Source of the DNA: Diadema antillarum
Lineage: Eukaryota
NCBI RefSeq assembly: GCF_040938485.1
Contig: NW_027271623.1
Location: forward strand, 19,756-83,755
DNA length: 64,000 nt
Direction of reading: 5' to 3'
Shown here: positions 21,961-33,978 of the stretch, piece by piece
How positions within the stretch are numbered: the first letter of the stretch is position 1
Layout: the number at the start of each line of letters is the position of its first letter
Program-made: the position numbers and the translations under genes
The notes under the pieces: model-generated
Told to the model about the DNA's origin: nothing
What the model saw: the letters and a program-made list of their open reading frames with translations, nothing else
Databases searched by the model: none

Positions 21961-23669
21961 GAGTTATAGCTTTGTTGAAATAAGAAAGTTTGTTACTACC
22001 CTATGAGTGTAGTTGTTTTTCCTGATGTTCAGACGAACTGAACTATCGAAGAGCTACATGTACCACATAGTAAAAACTCTAACTGTTACACATTTTGTTA
22101 GTTTAATCGCTCGTAAAGTCGTATTTTAATCAGTATTGTCACTGTCAGTAACTTTACTGTGAAGTAGTAGTAGAATATATGTCACGTGTCACATACACTG
22201 CTGCACTGGGGGGTGTTTCACAAAGATCTAAGTTTGACCTAAGTTATGCGCAAATCCCCAAACCCTGCATAAATCCCAAAGTCCTGCGTAATTTTACGCA
22301 GGACTTTAAATCCTGTTTCACAAAGCTCTAAGTCATGCGTAAGTCCCACCAAGTCCTGTGTAACTTTCTTTATGCATGGCCTGAAGCCCTGCGGAAAGTC
22401 AGACTTAAATTCCAAAATGGGAAGTTCAAAAGCGTAATCAACTTCTAATGTTCATCAATTTCTTCCACTTCATCTTATCCTGAGTGAGATGGCAATATTT
22501 TTTACAAACTAGAGAATCACTATAGCTCTAAGTTTGTTGTACATGTATGTTATCAGGTTTCATTTGCAGACTTATTGCAGACCCTTTGTTCCCAGTTGAT
22601 TCCTTCCTCTTGTCGGAGTCTCTTTTTTGCAGCCCTTTTCCACCTACACATTCACACACCTATTTGTGTTTTGACATGTTTGTGTGCTTACTATACATAT
22701 TCATGCTTGCATATATCAACATATATGGATTTTTTTTTTCTATCTCCCTTGGATTTTGTGTCCCCCCCCCCTCCCCCTTTTTTCATATATTTTTAGTTAT
22801 CATCTTCATTTCTGTTGTCAATATCATCATTATTATGATGACATCATTATTGTGATTTGATATATTTGATAACTGGCATTTGTTGGTTGACTCTCACTTT
22901 TATTTTGTTGCCTCCTCTAGGTACACCATATAAGGGATCGCTGCTTGCTCAGCCCCCCCCCCAACTTTGCTGTTGCTATTTCACTCTTTTCCTTTCTTTA
23001 TCCTCTGTTGTTCCTTATCTTGTTTGATGTTGCCTCCCTATTCATCCTTATCCTTCAAAGGTTGCCCCCAATGACCCTTGGGTTCATTACTGACCCTCCT
23101 CTGCCTTTTGTCTGTCCCCCTCCTGCTCTCATCCCCCCTTTACCTGTTGGGCTCCTTGCCCATGACCTCTAACCCCCCTTTTGTTTTCTTTGTTCTGTGT
23201 CCCTAGATTCATCCCTGACTGTTCTTGTTGTGTGAAGTCTTTATATGATATTGCTTTCCCTGCCTGTTTGTCATTTTGCCTCTGACGAAGATTCTGCTAG
23301 AATCGAAAGCTCAGGCCTCTTTTGACTCCAGGTTTTTGTTTTTGTTCGTTTGTTTGTTTGTTTTCAGCAAAACATTGCCCTTTTGAATGTGCCTTTCATT
23401 GTGAATGTACCATTTGGACCATTTGGAACAATGTATGTTGTGTTTCGCTTGATCAAGTCTAATTCAGCTGCTACATATAGGAAAGGTAGTAGAATTCATC
23501 ATTCATGTGTTCAGCAGCTGCAATTCTATGCCACATAAAACAAGACCGCTAACATTAACATTTTTTACAATGCATTATTTGCTCGGTAGGGTGTATGCGA
23601 TCATGCATATATATTTTGTTTTTCTACTCGTATTTTGCAGGAGCCTGATGTGAAAATCAAAGATTAAGA

Positions 23670-23751
23670 ATGAATTCCCCGTCGGGTCCACTCGTGATTT
23701 CAGCCAAAGAAAGCACTCCAAAGCGAATTGCTCCTGGCAAACCAAAGAAAG
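23670..23751 (+). CDS. DPH1: DPH1 (2-(3-amino-3-carboxypropyl)histidine synthase subunit 1) coding exon 1: MNSPSGPLVISAKESTPKRIAPGKPKK(G)
   Basis: The ATG is preceded by a TTTGCAG acceptor-like site, which suggests an upstream non-coding exon. Donor is G|GTACAC. Continuity into exon 2 gives GKTVGQIPEELLNDP, and human DPH1 has RLANQIPPEILNNP. Confidence 0.6.
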
Positions 23752-24056
23752 GTACACCAGACATTTGCAAATGCATGAAACTTTCATGAATTTGGCGAAG
23801 AGCCCTTAAGATTCACGAAAGTAAAATGCGTGCAATTTTTTTTTTTTGGTCTACACAATGTTTTAATTGAATGTCATTGGCAATTTGCAAAGTTACTATC
23901 ATACCACAGTAGAGGCTGTTGGCTCCAATATGCAAAAGTTTCATGCCATGAGTGTTTCTGGTTTTACAGTAGGCCCTCAGCTAAGATTGTGGGTAGGATT
24001 CCTGTGAATAGCTTCAGAGGTAATTCCAGTCTTAAAACTCATCTTCCTTGATTTAG

Positions 24057-24503
24057 CCTTTTGGCAAGACCTCGTGGCTGAAAAAGAGACTAACTGTGAG
24101 AGAACGGGTGAACGCCAGACCGAGCGGTGCAGCCGCGAGGCCTTTTGAAACCTGACATGAATTTCTTATCTTGAGCCTTGTTTCAGCGACCGCATCGCTC
24201 ACCACGCCGTGCCGTTTCATCTAATGAATATGCATAAGTATGCATGTTGACGGCTCGCTCATCCGTAGCTGCCTGCATTGCCAGCACAGCGTTGACAAGT
24301 CCTCATCAGCATACCAACTGTGCTCTGACTCATGAATATATGAATAATTCATATTCACCTTCGTCGGGAGGCGGTAGGGAAAAAAACCTAGGTTTCAAAA
24401 GGCCTCGTGGCTGGGCCACTCGGTCTCGTGTTCACGCGGTTTCTCGCAGTTCTCAGTGTGGCGAGTTAGTCTCAATCTTCAGCCACGAGGCCTTGTCAAA
24501 AGG
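24057..24503. mobile_element. Nested inverted-repeat (MITE/foldback) element in DPH1 intron 1
   Basis: Outer arms are gccttttggcaagacctcgtggctgaaaaagagactaactg (24057) and cagtgtggcgagttagtctcaatcttcagccacgaggccttgtcaaaaggc (24450-24503). Inner arms are gcagccgcgaggccttttgaaacc (24130) and ggtttcaaaaggcctcgtggctgggc (24391). Confidence 0.7.
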
Positions 24504-25637
24504 CTGTCCTTGATTAAGATAAACATTCATTACCCCTTTTGTTAATTATTGTATTTATTATGCTGATTGTTTTATTTGTTAGTCATTGGTTTGTATGCTG
24601 TATCTTTGTCTTTATTTTTACAGCGCATAGAGAAGCATGTACTTATTATGGACGTTATAAATGTTGTATTATCATTATTGATTATTAAGAGAAACAGTGC
24701 GATATAAATTATGTCCTCATCTTTCCTTTTTAGTGTCATAGTGTTTCCAAACTAAGGACACAATCATTTGGGACTAAATTGTGCATTTTTTGAAATTTTG
24801 TCCATTTGTATGTTGTGCTTGTTGTTCACTTCTTGAGTTCAATGTTTAATCCAGACTTTCTGTCCTTTTCTCAGATCATTTTTTTTTTAAAGTAAGGACC
24901 TGGAAACTCACTGAAAAAAAAAAAAAATTTATAAGCTCAGATTATTTAGATGATAAAACAAAGGAAAACAGCTATATACTGCAGCTGCCCTAATGTTACG
25001 TCCGTCCATGTCACACCAGTTTTTAATTTCATTTTTTTGTTATACTTGTATACAGATATCAATGACTGATTATCTCCTGTAAAAACTGTCAACTGATTAC
25101 CTTTTCAACACATGGAAAAAATATTGCATTAGGGTTTGGATCATTCCTAATTTCACTCACAATTCAAAGAGCTCTGGGCCACTGGCGTATCTAAGAAGCA
25201 GTCAGTCTCTGAGCTCAGCCCTGGTCCTGCTAAAACTGTCGGTTCTCTTTAATCAATTGCTCCAACTTTTCATTTGTAGCATAACTTCATGGTGACATAT
25301 GGGTGAAAATAAACAAGATAACTATACACTTTAAATGCATAATATTATGAGGTATAAATGTATGAGTTTTTCTGTACCATACTGTAATTGTGAGGGGAAC
25401 AAAGACAAATCATGTACAGCTATCTGAAAATTGTACCACCGTGTAACACCCATATTTGGTGTCCACAAACACTGCAATCTGGATTTTCAATGCCTACAAG
25501 AAGATGGGTAAAATGAAGACATTTACTCCGCACATGGTGTGTGACATGAGATACTGGTATAGAGCCGTATGCATGAGAGGAAGCAGTGTCTTAGCCAGTA
25601 ATTGTCCTGTTTGTGTGTTTTCATGTTTTTTTTACAG

Positions 25638-25708
25638 GAGGGAAGACAGTTGGGCAAATACCCGAGGAACTTCTCAATGATCCCCTCTTGAAAGATGCCA
25701 TGAGAAGT
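25638..25708 (+). CDS. DPH1: DPH1 exon 2: (G)GKTVGQIPEELLNDPLLKDAMRS
   Basis: Acceptor TTTTTTTACAG and donor GTAAGA. Homologous to human NQIPPEILNNPQLQAAV. Confidence 0.7.
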
Positions 25709-26123
25709 GTAAGATCTGTTAGTGCTATGCTGATATTCTAATCCTTCATTTTGTTCAATCAGCCCAAAGATGAATGTGTACTGCCACAATTAAGTTTTCA
25801 TGACAACTTACATGTTATTAGTCAAGCATGTGGGTTTTTTTTCCAGGAAGTCAATCTTTTAACATTAATTTTGTTTTAATGATGTTAAGCTGTATATGAC
25901 AGCTGTCATGAATATTTATTTGAATTAATGTGAAATTGACTTTTTCCATCAGAATATAAAGTCAGTTTTTCCTGCAAGGGACATTCTTGTCATCAAAATA
26001 CAATGGTAAAGTCGGGCGATCTGTGCTAGAGTGTGATAGATATGATTAAGGAATGCAATCTAGATGTAATATCTCTCTTTAAAAGCTATGATCTTATTTT
26101 CTTCTTATACACCTTTTATGCAG

Positions 26124-26193
26124 CTTCCACAAAACTACAATTTTGAGGTACCAAAGACAATATGGCGGACAAAGTGCATTGGAGCAAAACGAG
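26124..26193 (+). CDS. DPH1: DPH1 exon 3: LPQNYNFEVPKTIWRTKCIGAKR
   Basis: Near-identical to human [23 protein letters not shown]. Acceptor TTTATGCAG and donor GTATGT. Confidence 0.9.
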
Positions 26194-26373
26194 GTATGTA
26201 AGATTAAAACAAGTCATGTTGTGTACTTGATGAAAATAGCTCAGTTCGTATTTGTAAAGTTTTTGGATTAATGTGCATACATGTATTTCAGTCAGGTCAA
26301 ATTCATTTAATACTGCATTATATCATAATCTTAATTCTGCATTCTATGACAATTTATTATTTTATTTGAACAG

Positions 26374-26437
26374 TTGCTCTTCAGTTTCCAGAGGGATTGC
26401 TAATGTTTGCCTGCACCATTGCAGACATCATTGAAAG
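26374..26437 (+). CDS. DPH1: DPH1 exon 4: VALQFPEGLLMFACTIADIIER
   Basis: Matches human [22 protein letters not shown]. Donor GTAAGA. Confidence 0.9.
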
Positions 26438-27104
26438 GTAAGAGAAAAACCCCAAACCTTGTGTGTTTCCAGCAGTTTCATGACATTCGCTCTTATGATA
26501 ATAGCTTTCATGAAATATCTGCAAGCTATTAAAGCCAAACATTAAACCTATCCACAAACATAACTAACACAAATCCTAAACCAAACCAAAAACCCTGTCA
26601 CAACCCTAACCCTAAGTCCATGGAGAAAAATAGGACATGAGCAATTGTTGCAGGAGCAAATGTGTCACCATTTTCAGCACATTGCAGTGACTTTGATTTA
26701 CCATGGATAATGTAGTCTATGTGATCTAATCATTGAATTGAATTGAATTGAATTGAATTATATTGAGACTGCAAAGTACCTACATTTGTATTGTGTTACA
26801 AAGGTCTTCTTACTTTCCCTGCAAGTACTAACTGTGACGTTAACCTAGAATCACCACAATCTTTATATCATGTAATATGATTTTCTGTTTTTGTTTTATG
26901 TCTGCTTGTATTTTATGGTGAAATGCCAGATAAGTAATAATAATTACAACAATAATAAGACCATCCCATTAAGACATCCCATCCATGTTTGATTGCAAAC
27001 TAAATGTAAACCAAGTAAAGTTGTCCTCACCTTGTTTGGGCTAAGTTATAGCAGAGGATTATGTTTATTTCATTCTAATCAACATCTTTGTATTCTATGG
27101 TAAG

Positions 27105-27226
27105 GTTCACTGAGGCAGACACAGTTATCATGGGTGATGTGACGTATGGTGCCTGCTGTGTGGATGACTTCACAGCCAGGGCTCTAGGAGCAGACCTTAT
27201 GGTGCACTATGGTCACAGCTGTCTGG
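27105..27226 (+). CDS. DPH1: DPH1 exon 5: [40 protein letters not shown]. It includes the conserved Cys cluster of the radical-SAM-like Fe-S site
   Basis: Matches human [40 protein letters not shown]. Donor GTAAGG. Confidence 0.9.
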
Positions 27227-27842
27227 GTAAGGGGATCTCAAACTCGGAAATATAAGCATTACTATATCTATATTTAAAAAAAAAGATCTCTGCATACATC
27301 TTCATTACGTATTAAATTTCCTCATCTGAATCAGCAATTAGTACTTAATTTTCCAGTATTTTCACCTTCTTTGAAATCTTTGTTGTATGAGGTTGAAATC
27401 CCTTGCACTGAATTTGTTATGTAAAATCAACACCAGTTTTTCTATTTTGATTAGGAGACAAAGTGGTCTCATGAAAGTTTGATACAATGAGCTTTATGTT
27501 CTATGATTCCAGATGTATCTAGCACTACAAAGGTACTAGATAGGCACACTACCGATACTCATCATAGTCACTGTACACCCTTGTACAGTACATGGCTTCA
27601 TACTCATCTCTCAGCTGTCTTGCCTTCATGACCTATTTTTATTTTTATTCTTACCTTCCTTATATCTGCCATCCTTGAGGAGAGCCAGATCCAAAATATA
27701 ACATTTGTTATACCATGTATTTGTTGTATTCAAATGGTACACCATTGTAGTTCTGAACCCTGTTCTGGATAAAATAAAGTCCACTGTGATCTCGCAGACA
27801 TTGATATTTATCAGCATTTCTCTTAATGTCTTATTTCCACAG

Positions 27843-27997
27843 TGCCTATAAACATAACCACAGACATCAGCATGCTGTATGTGTTTGTGGATATCCAGAT
27901 AGACACAGCTCACTTTCTGGACACTGTCAGACATAACTTTGACCCTGGGACATCGTTGGCTCTTGTCAGCACAATCCAGTTTGTTGCTGCCTTACAT
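27843..27997 (+). CDS. DPH1: DPH1 exon 6: [52 protein letters not shown]
   Basis: Matches human ...[22 protein letters not shown]...[14 protein letters not shown]. Acceptor TTATTTCCACAG and donor GTGAGT. Confidence 0.9.
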
Positions 27998-28099
27998 GTG
28001 AGTAGACCAGAATAAGTAGTTAATTATTGAAAAGCGTTCTCTTTATGGGTTGCTGATTTTTTATGTTTTGTAATTTCAGAAAGCTTGACTTTCAAATTC

Positions 28100-28107
28100 T
28101 ACTACCA

Positions 28108-28159
<52 letters not shown>

Positions 28160-28177
28160 TACTACTACTACTATTAC

Positions 28178-28228
<51 letters not shown>

Positions 28229-28251
28229 CACTACCACTACTACTACTACTG

Positions 28252-28291
<40 letters not shown>

Positions 28292-28420
28292 TACTACTAC
28301 TACTACTGCTGCTGCTACTACTACTACTACTACTACTATTACCACTACTACTACTATTACCACTACTACTAGTGGTAGTACTATTACCACTGCTACTACT
28401 ACTATTACTACTACTACTAT

Positions 28421-28474
<54 letters not shown>

Positions 28475-28615
28475 TACAACTACTACTACCACCACTACAA
28501 CTACATTTACTACTACTGCTACACAAATTACTACTATGGCCCTACTGCTTCAGCTGCATCGCTGCTACTACTTCTATTACTAGTATTACTACAGCTACCA
28601 CTACCACTATGAATA
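28100..28615. repeat. ~515-bp imperfect trinucleotide array (TAC)n/(CTA)n with CCA, CTG and ATT variants, inside DPH1 intron 6
   Basis: ctactactactactactaccaccactactactactattactactactactact... Six-frame artefacts are the poly-L, poly-V, poly-Y and poly-S ORFs at 28063-28680. Confidence 0.95.
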
Positions 28616-28888
28616 ATGGTCATGCAGATGTAGAAGCTTTCATTGTCAGGACACAGCATTTTGTTGTTGTTGTTTTTTAGCAAAACCTGCGCCTCTGAGT
28701 TTCTCACCGAGATCCTAGATGTTTATGTTGCTGCAATGACGGATAAGCTGTGAACGTAGAGTAATCTTGTTATAGCCCAGGACTACTGTGTAGACTCACT
28801 CTGCTCAGGAAGACATTACAAGACATGACTGTACAGAGCAACACTGGACACATATGACATGAGGCTGGTATGCTTACTTTGAAGGGTA

Positions 28889-29090
28889 CTGTATAAGTGG
28901 TTTCTTTCGCGGTGGTTTTATTTTCGCGCTTTGAGGTTGAACTGCGAATTTAACATCACGCGAAAATGTTTTGAACTCGTGGGTTGTTACAACGCTATCA
29001 TTACCGACCGCGAATCTAAACACACGCGAAAAAGTCGGCACCGATGGAAACCGCGAAAGTTTCTGTACGCGAAAGAAACCACTTTTACAG
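28889..29090. mobile_element. Tc1/mariner-like MITE (~200 bp) with ~22-bp terminal inverted repeats and TA flanks, in DPH1 intron 6
   Basis: Left terminus TA-CTGTATAAGTGGTTTCTTTCGCG. Right terminus CGCGAAAGAAACCACTTTTACAG-TA. Confidence 0.6.
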
Positions 29091-29609
29091 TAATCATATC
29101 CAGCTGAATCAAGACTAAATCTAATGTTTGATTTTGATTTAGTCTGCATTTGCTATCATTTCTACACAGGCTTTGCTCTTGTTCTTCATTTTGTTAAACA
29201 TGATTCCGAAGGTCGCATCTTCATTACTTTTTTTATCTTATCTTATGTTATTTTCTAACCTTCTCTTTCTTCCTCTCCTTTTTACTCTCTGGTTTATCTT
29301 TCTTTTCCCTTGACTTCCGAACCCTTTGCCTGATTCTTACTCTATTCGTCCTTGCAAATGTCACTGTCCCCAATTTTTCTGTCTCCATTAGTGCAACCTC
29401 ACCACTGTCCTTCGCTCCTTCCCCTACACTTTCCCGATGTTGCTTCCATCCTCAAATCTCCTCTTTCTAAGCTCTTCTTTTGCCAAGCAACAGTCCTTTC
29501 AAGGACTACAAACACATGGTGTCACTGCAAACCTCTTGTCTTCAAGACTAACCCTTCATTGTAAGGTAGACTGATGTCATACTCTGGTCTTTCTCTCATC
29601 ATCACACAG

Positions 29610-29728
29610 GCCTCTGCAGCAGACTTGCAGCCAGATTACAAAGTGGTGCTTCCCCAGAGCAGGCCGCTGTCCAAGGGAGAAATCCTTGGCTGTACAGCAC
29701 CCAAACTTAGTCAAGTAGACAGCATCAT
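29610..29728 (+). CDS. DPH1: DPH1 exon 7: ASAADLQPDYKVVLPQSRPLSKGEILGCTAPKLSQVDSI(I)
   Basis: Matches human [28 protein letters not shown]. Acceptor CACACAG and donor GTGAGT. Confidence 0.85.
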
Positions 29729-30032
29729 GTGAGTTCATTTTCTTAATGTCTGAATAACACGGTACTAACATTAAAAGAGAGTCTTTAATGGTGGTACAAT
29801 TGAAATAGTTCAAGCTGTTTAAGATGAGCAGCAGATCAGAGAAAATTGTGCAATAAAGCAAGATAAAGTTTCAACTGTTTTGATACTAGAAGTGATGTTT
29901 GAATGCTAGGAGTGTGTTTTGAACTAAAATGTCAGAGAAGTTAAACTTTTATTTTTTAACCATTGATATTCTTGGTAAAGTCTTTCACTGTAATTTTTAA
30001 ATAAAAATGCTTTCTTGCTGTATGTCATTTAA

Positions 30033-30787
30033 CCCTAACTAGGCCGGGCTATTTAGGTAGTTGATAGAGCTGGGGGGCTCCCAGGCCCCCCCTCCAGATC
30101 TCGGCCGTCGACCGCGCGATCGCGAAGAAAATTGGCACACACATTGCCTATGATGTAATCTAATATCATGAAGTTAATTTTTCAAAAAGATCATCATTTA
30201 TGCTAAATTATGCTACTTTATGCATGATGATGCATAAAATCAGGCTATTTGGTATAAATCACAAAATAAAGCTCAAAACAGGCACATTTTTTGTGTAAAT
30301 ATTCTTTTTAGTGTCCTTAGCAAATGTAATTAAAAAAAATTGTGATATCAGAAAAAATTCTTAAGTATTTTATTGTTTTTTTAATTTCTTATGTATTTCC
30401 TTTTTTTTTCGACTTTATGTTTTTCATTGTTTTTTCGATGAAATTTGTCCGCGACATCGCTCCGAACAAGAAAATATGTTACTCATTGATTTTAATCAAT
30501 AAAACACCAAAATAATCATGCTTTTATGAAATTTGCCAGTAAACACAGTTTGCATTGAAATTGTACACGAATTAACGTTTTTGAGCAATTTTTGGTCTGA
30601 CATGCATGTACATATTTATGCGTAACTTTGGAACCGCGCGCCCGGGCGTCGCAAATTTGGTGTCAAAAGATGCGGGAGACTCGAAAGAAAAAAGTCATGA
30701 AACGTCGCGGCGATAGCTTTTTGCGATTGCGATACATCGCGCGGAACGTCGAGGGGGGGCCTCGGAGCCCTCCCGGCCTAGTTAGGG
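30033..30787. mobile_element. Second copy of the piggyBac-like MITE family, TTAA at 30029-30032 and 30788-30791, inside DPH1 intron 7
   Basis: The termini are CCCTAACTAGGCCGGGC ... GCCCGGCCTAGTTAGGG. Internal blocks align with the 17364-18138 copy (aaaattggcacaca..., gtttttgagcaatttt..gtctgacatgca...gcgtaactt.gaaaccgcg..cccgg.c.tcgcaaatttggt). Confidence 0.75.
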
Positions 30788-31478
30788 TTAAGACAAAACA
30801 GTTGCTTTCAGTGTACAAAGAAGAAAAGGAAAGTGTACTCAGTCAATTTGTTTACACAGCAAATAAGGTCAGAATAAGATTGGAGGGAGAAAAGGGGACT
30901 TCTAATCATGTATGTTCCTCAACAGTTTATAACAAATAAAACAATACAAATGTTTGACAGCATTCAGATATTTAATTTTGCAAAATATAAAGTATTCAAG
31001 TTTTATGTTTCTAGTCATATGCAGTACATGTGTAGAGACTTTGATACACTGAGATCAGGTTTGCATTCTTGACCTGTCTATCAAGTGCTGTGAAATCTTT
31101 CCTCAGTGGCATTGACTTTGTTAGTCATAGAAACAATTATAGATTAACTGTCATGTTACAATGTCACTAATGCTTGGAACACATGGTTGTATTCAGGAAG
31201 TGTTTGGGGCTATTATTATCGTCAGATTTCTTCAATTACTTCTGTAACTCTCTTGAAGAATAAAGTCATCGAAGACTTTCCTGAGAGAAGTTTGCCAGAG
31301 AAATCAAAGAATTCTCATTTCATAGTTAAATGGCCAATTTTCTTGATAAGAGAATGATAGATTTATCAGAGAGTGTGGCCAGTATCTTGTCTGACTAAAT
31401 GATAAACTAGAAATGTGAATATTCAAAAGCAGGTCATCTTAATGTTCGCATAATTTCCTCTTGCATTGATTTTTCCAG

Positions 31479-31547
31479 TTACCTTGGAGATGGACGGTTT
31501 CATCTGGAGTCCATAATGATTGCCAATCCATCAGTCAAAGCTTACAA
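31479..31547 (+). CDS. DPH1: DPH1 exon 8: (I)[22 protein letters not shown](K), probably ending at a GC donor (AA|GCTAGT)
   Basis: Matches human [23 protein letters not shown]. No GT donor gives the correct phase. AA|GC gives ...AYK-YDPYSK against human ...AYR-YDPYSK. Confidence 0.7.
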
Positions 31548-32112
31548 GCTAGTCTTCTTTTTCTTACTCTACATTATCTTGGTCATTCAAACTGAATAGA
31601 ACTGGAAAGTAGTTTGGAATTGAAGTAGTTTAAGACTAACATTGTGAGAGTTGCTTGAGTTTTAAGGTTCACCAATCATGTATTTTCTGTGTGAGCAGCA
31701 ATCCCGTTCACGCACTGATAATAAATGCAGGACAATGCACTTTTCACCTACTCACCGTATCAGTGTGGAGTATATCTATTGTGTGAAAGTTGTAAAGGTC
31801 TTTGTTTTTTGTTGAGAAAAACAGCTAAATGGTGTTTCCACACGATGAATAATGTATTCTATTAGAGACTTTCAGCTATATGTCTTCACAGTTTTGGTTT
31901 TATTATTTTGGGGGTTTGGGTTGTTGTTGTTTGATAGGAAATTATGTGTCTGTGCCAAGAAATTGGGTTTGTTACAGTAATGTCAGAAGATTCTTTGTCA
32001 CCTGCATGTAGAGGAAATGTGTTATAGGGCCATGAATATTAGCTTAATTTGGAGTATCACCACCTGTACATTAAGCAATTATTTGTAAGATTAGCCTGTC
32101 TCTTCCTTTGTA

Positions 32113-32296
32113 CAATGCACTCCCGTCATAACGAACACGGTTATAACAAAATTCCGGTTACCACCAAGTAGAAATTCAGGCTCCAACATCATCAGCTCTG
32201 TTTCCCCCCAATTGTTTATTTGTTTCGTTATAACAAAATTTCGTAATAAAAGAAAACTGCCATTGCGATGATCTCGTCATAACAGGAGTTGACTGT
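32113..32296. mobile_element. Member of the CGTTATAAC-motif MITE family. It is related to 46961-47489
   Basis: caatgcactcccgtcataacgaacacggttataacaaaattccgg ... tttcgttataacaaaatttcg ... cgtcataacaggagttgactg. Confidence 0.5.
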
Positions 32297-32369
32297 ATTA
32301 GAATTTATGTTTAAGAAGATTCTGTAAGACAATTCATGTGAATGCAACCCTGCCTCTTTCTAAATCCAG

Positions 32370-32526
32370 ATACGATCCATACAGTAAGATATTTTCCCAT
32401 GAGTACTACGAGACAGACAAGATGCACACCCTACGTCAGGAGGCCATCAGCAAGGCATCCCAGGCAAAGAAACTTGGCCTCATCCTTGGCACGTTAGGCA
32501 GACAAGGGTCAACCAAAGTTCTTGAG
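32370..32526 (+). CDS. DPH1: DPH1 exon 9: (K)[52 protein letters not shown]
   Basis: Matches human [52 protein letters not shown]. Acceptor AAATCCAG and donor GTGAAT. Confidence 0.9.
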
Positions 32527-33010
32527 GTGAATTTCAATTTTCTGCTGATTTTGGGTAGAATTATGATGTGTTTTGTAGTATGGAGATAGAAAACTTGCAG
32601 ATGACTTCATTATCATCATCACCTCCATTATTCTACTCTGTGGGTTTGGGTGTTTTATCTCCATGATGGCCTTTCTCTATGCCATCTTCAAGTGTGATTT
32701 CTACTTGGGCAGTATGTGATAGTTTAATGTCCCTTCCAATTGTCTCCTCTCAGATCTTGTGAGGTCTGTCCCATGGCTTTTGTTTGTAGCCTCTTGTATT
32801 AAGCCAGTGACTTTCCTCTCTCCTTGCCCCATACAATATACCATAGTTTATTAGCCCTTCCCTACTCCACTTCTCCCAACAAGTCTAAGGAAACTTGGAC
32901 GGATTTCTATCTTTCTTTCTTTTTTTCGGGGGGGGGGGGGGGGGGGGTGGGGGGGGGCATGGGGAGGGTCTCAAAGGGATACCATGCAAATCTACGTTAA
33001 TCATCCTTAA

Positions 33011-33091
33011 TCCTTTACGGTTTGATTTTGCTACAACATGCATTTCTAAAAGATGCTTGCCCGAGTATACTCAGGACTCGTCCTCAGTGGG
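33011..33091. mobile_element. Micro-MITE copy in reverse orientation, flanked by TTAA (33007-33010 and 33092-33095)
   Basis: TCCTTTACGGTTTGATTTTGCTACAAC...CCCGAGTATACTCAGGACTCGTCCTCAGTGGG is the reverse complement of the 41130 copy. It lies just after a poly-G tract. Confidence 0.55.
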
Positions 33092-33464
33092 TTAAATTGC
33101 ACATTTCCCTCCAAGGAGGTCAAAAGCAAAACAGAAGACATGGCTTTTCTTCAAAGTTGCCATTTCATTTCATTTCATTCCTTTGTATAAGCATGGCACA
33201 TACTTCAATCCGGGGACTGGTCTTCCATAAGTGTGTGGGGGTTGATGAATTATTACTGGCAAGGCAGATGCCAGAAGCCTTTATTCTGATGCCATTGTGT
33301 GTCCCTATGCATCTGAAGCTGATAAATTGCTCTCCAAATTTCTTTGTGCTTCAATGAGACTGCACTTTTCTTGTATCTTTTTAAAATAATGCAATGCAAA
33401 ACCATGAGAAAAAGGTAGGGCCGTGGCTGTAATCTCTTGTTGTATCTTTAAAATGCTTTCACAG

Positions 33465-33565
33465 AACTTAAAGGACCAGATCAAGCAAGCTGGAAAGGAC
33501 TATGTCATTGTTCTACTGTCAGAGATATTCCCAGACAAATTAGGCTTGTTCACTGATATTGATGC
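33465..33565 (+). CDS. DPH1: DPH1 exon 10: [33 protein letters not shown](A)
   Basis: Matches human ...LLSEIFPSKLSLLPEVD. Acceptor TTTCACAG and donor GTAAGT. Confidence 0.85.
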
Positions 33566-33899
33566 GTAAGTATGAAATTAGAACCCATGCCAGTATTTTG
33601 TTTGTGATGAAATGCTGCGTGTTTTTCCCTTGTACTTGAAAATTGCATAAATTATTATTTTTTTTTAAATCTTATGTTCAACTCTGATGATACCACTAAA
33701 TGATATATGGGTTTCATCTTTCTCTGTTTAGTAGAATAATGTGGAGGTGGAATCTAAAGGACCCAGTGAAGATGGTAAAATGTATTGAGTGGAAATTGCT
33801 CTGCAATGACATTTCCGTGAACCAAACTTTGGAAATGCCTAGTGTACTGATTTCTATACCTAAAAGATAATTATTTGATTTCTTTTTTCTTGTTATTAG

Positions 33900-33978
33900 A
33901 TGGATACAGATTGCCTGTCCACGATTGTCCATTGACTGGGGATATGCCTTCCCAAAGCCTCTCTTGTCACCATATGAG
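33900..33978 (+). CDS. DPH1: DPH1 exon 11: (A)[26 protein letters not shown]
   Basis: Matches human [26 protein letters not shown]. Donor GTAAGT. Confidence 0.9.

Noticed and set aside
28063-28680. Long ORFs encoding poly-Leu, poly-Val, poly-Tyr or poly-Ser (205, 139, 95 and 144 aa)
   Set aside because: They are six-frame translations of the (TAC)n trinucleotide array in a DPH1 intron. They have no complexity and no start context, and several overlap on both strands.
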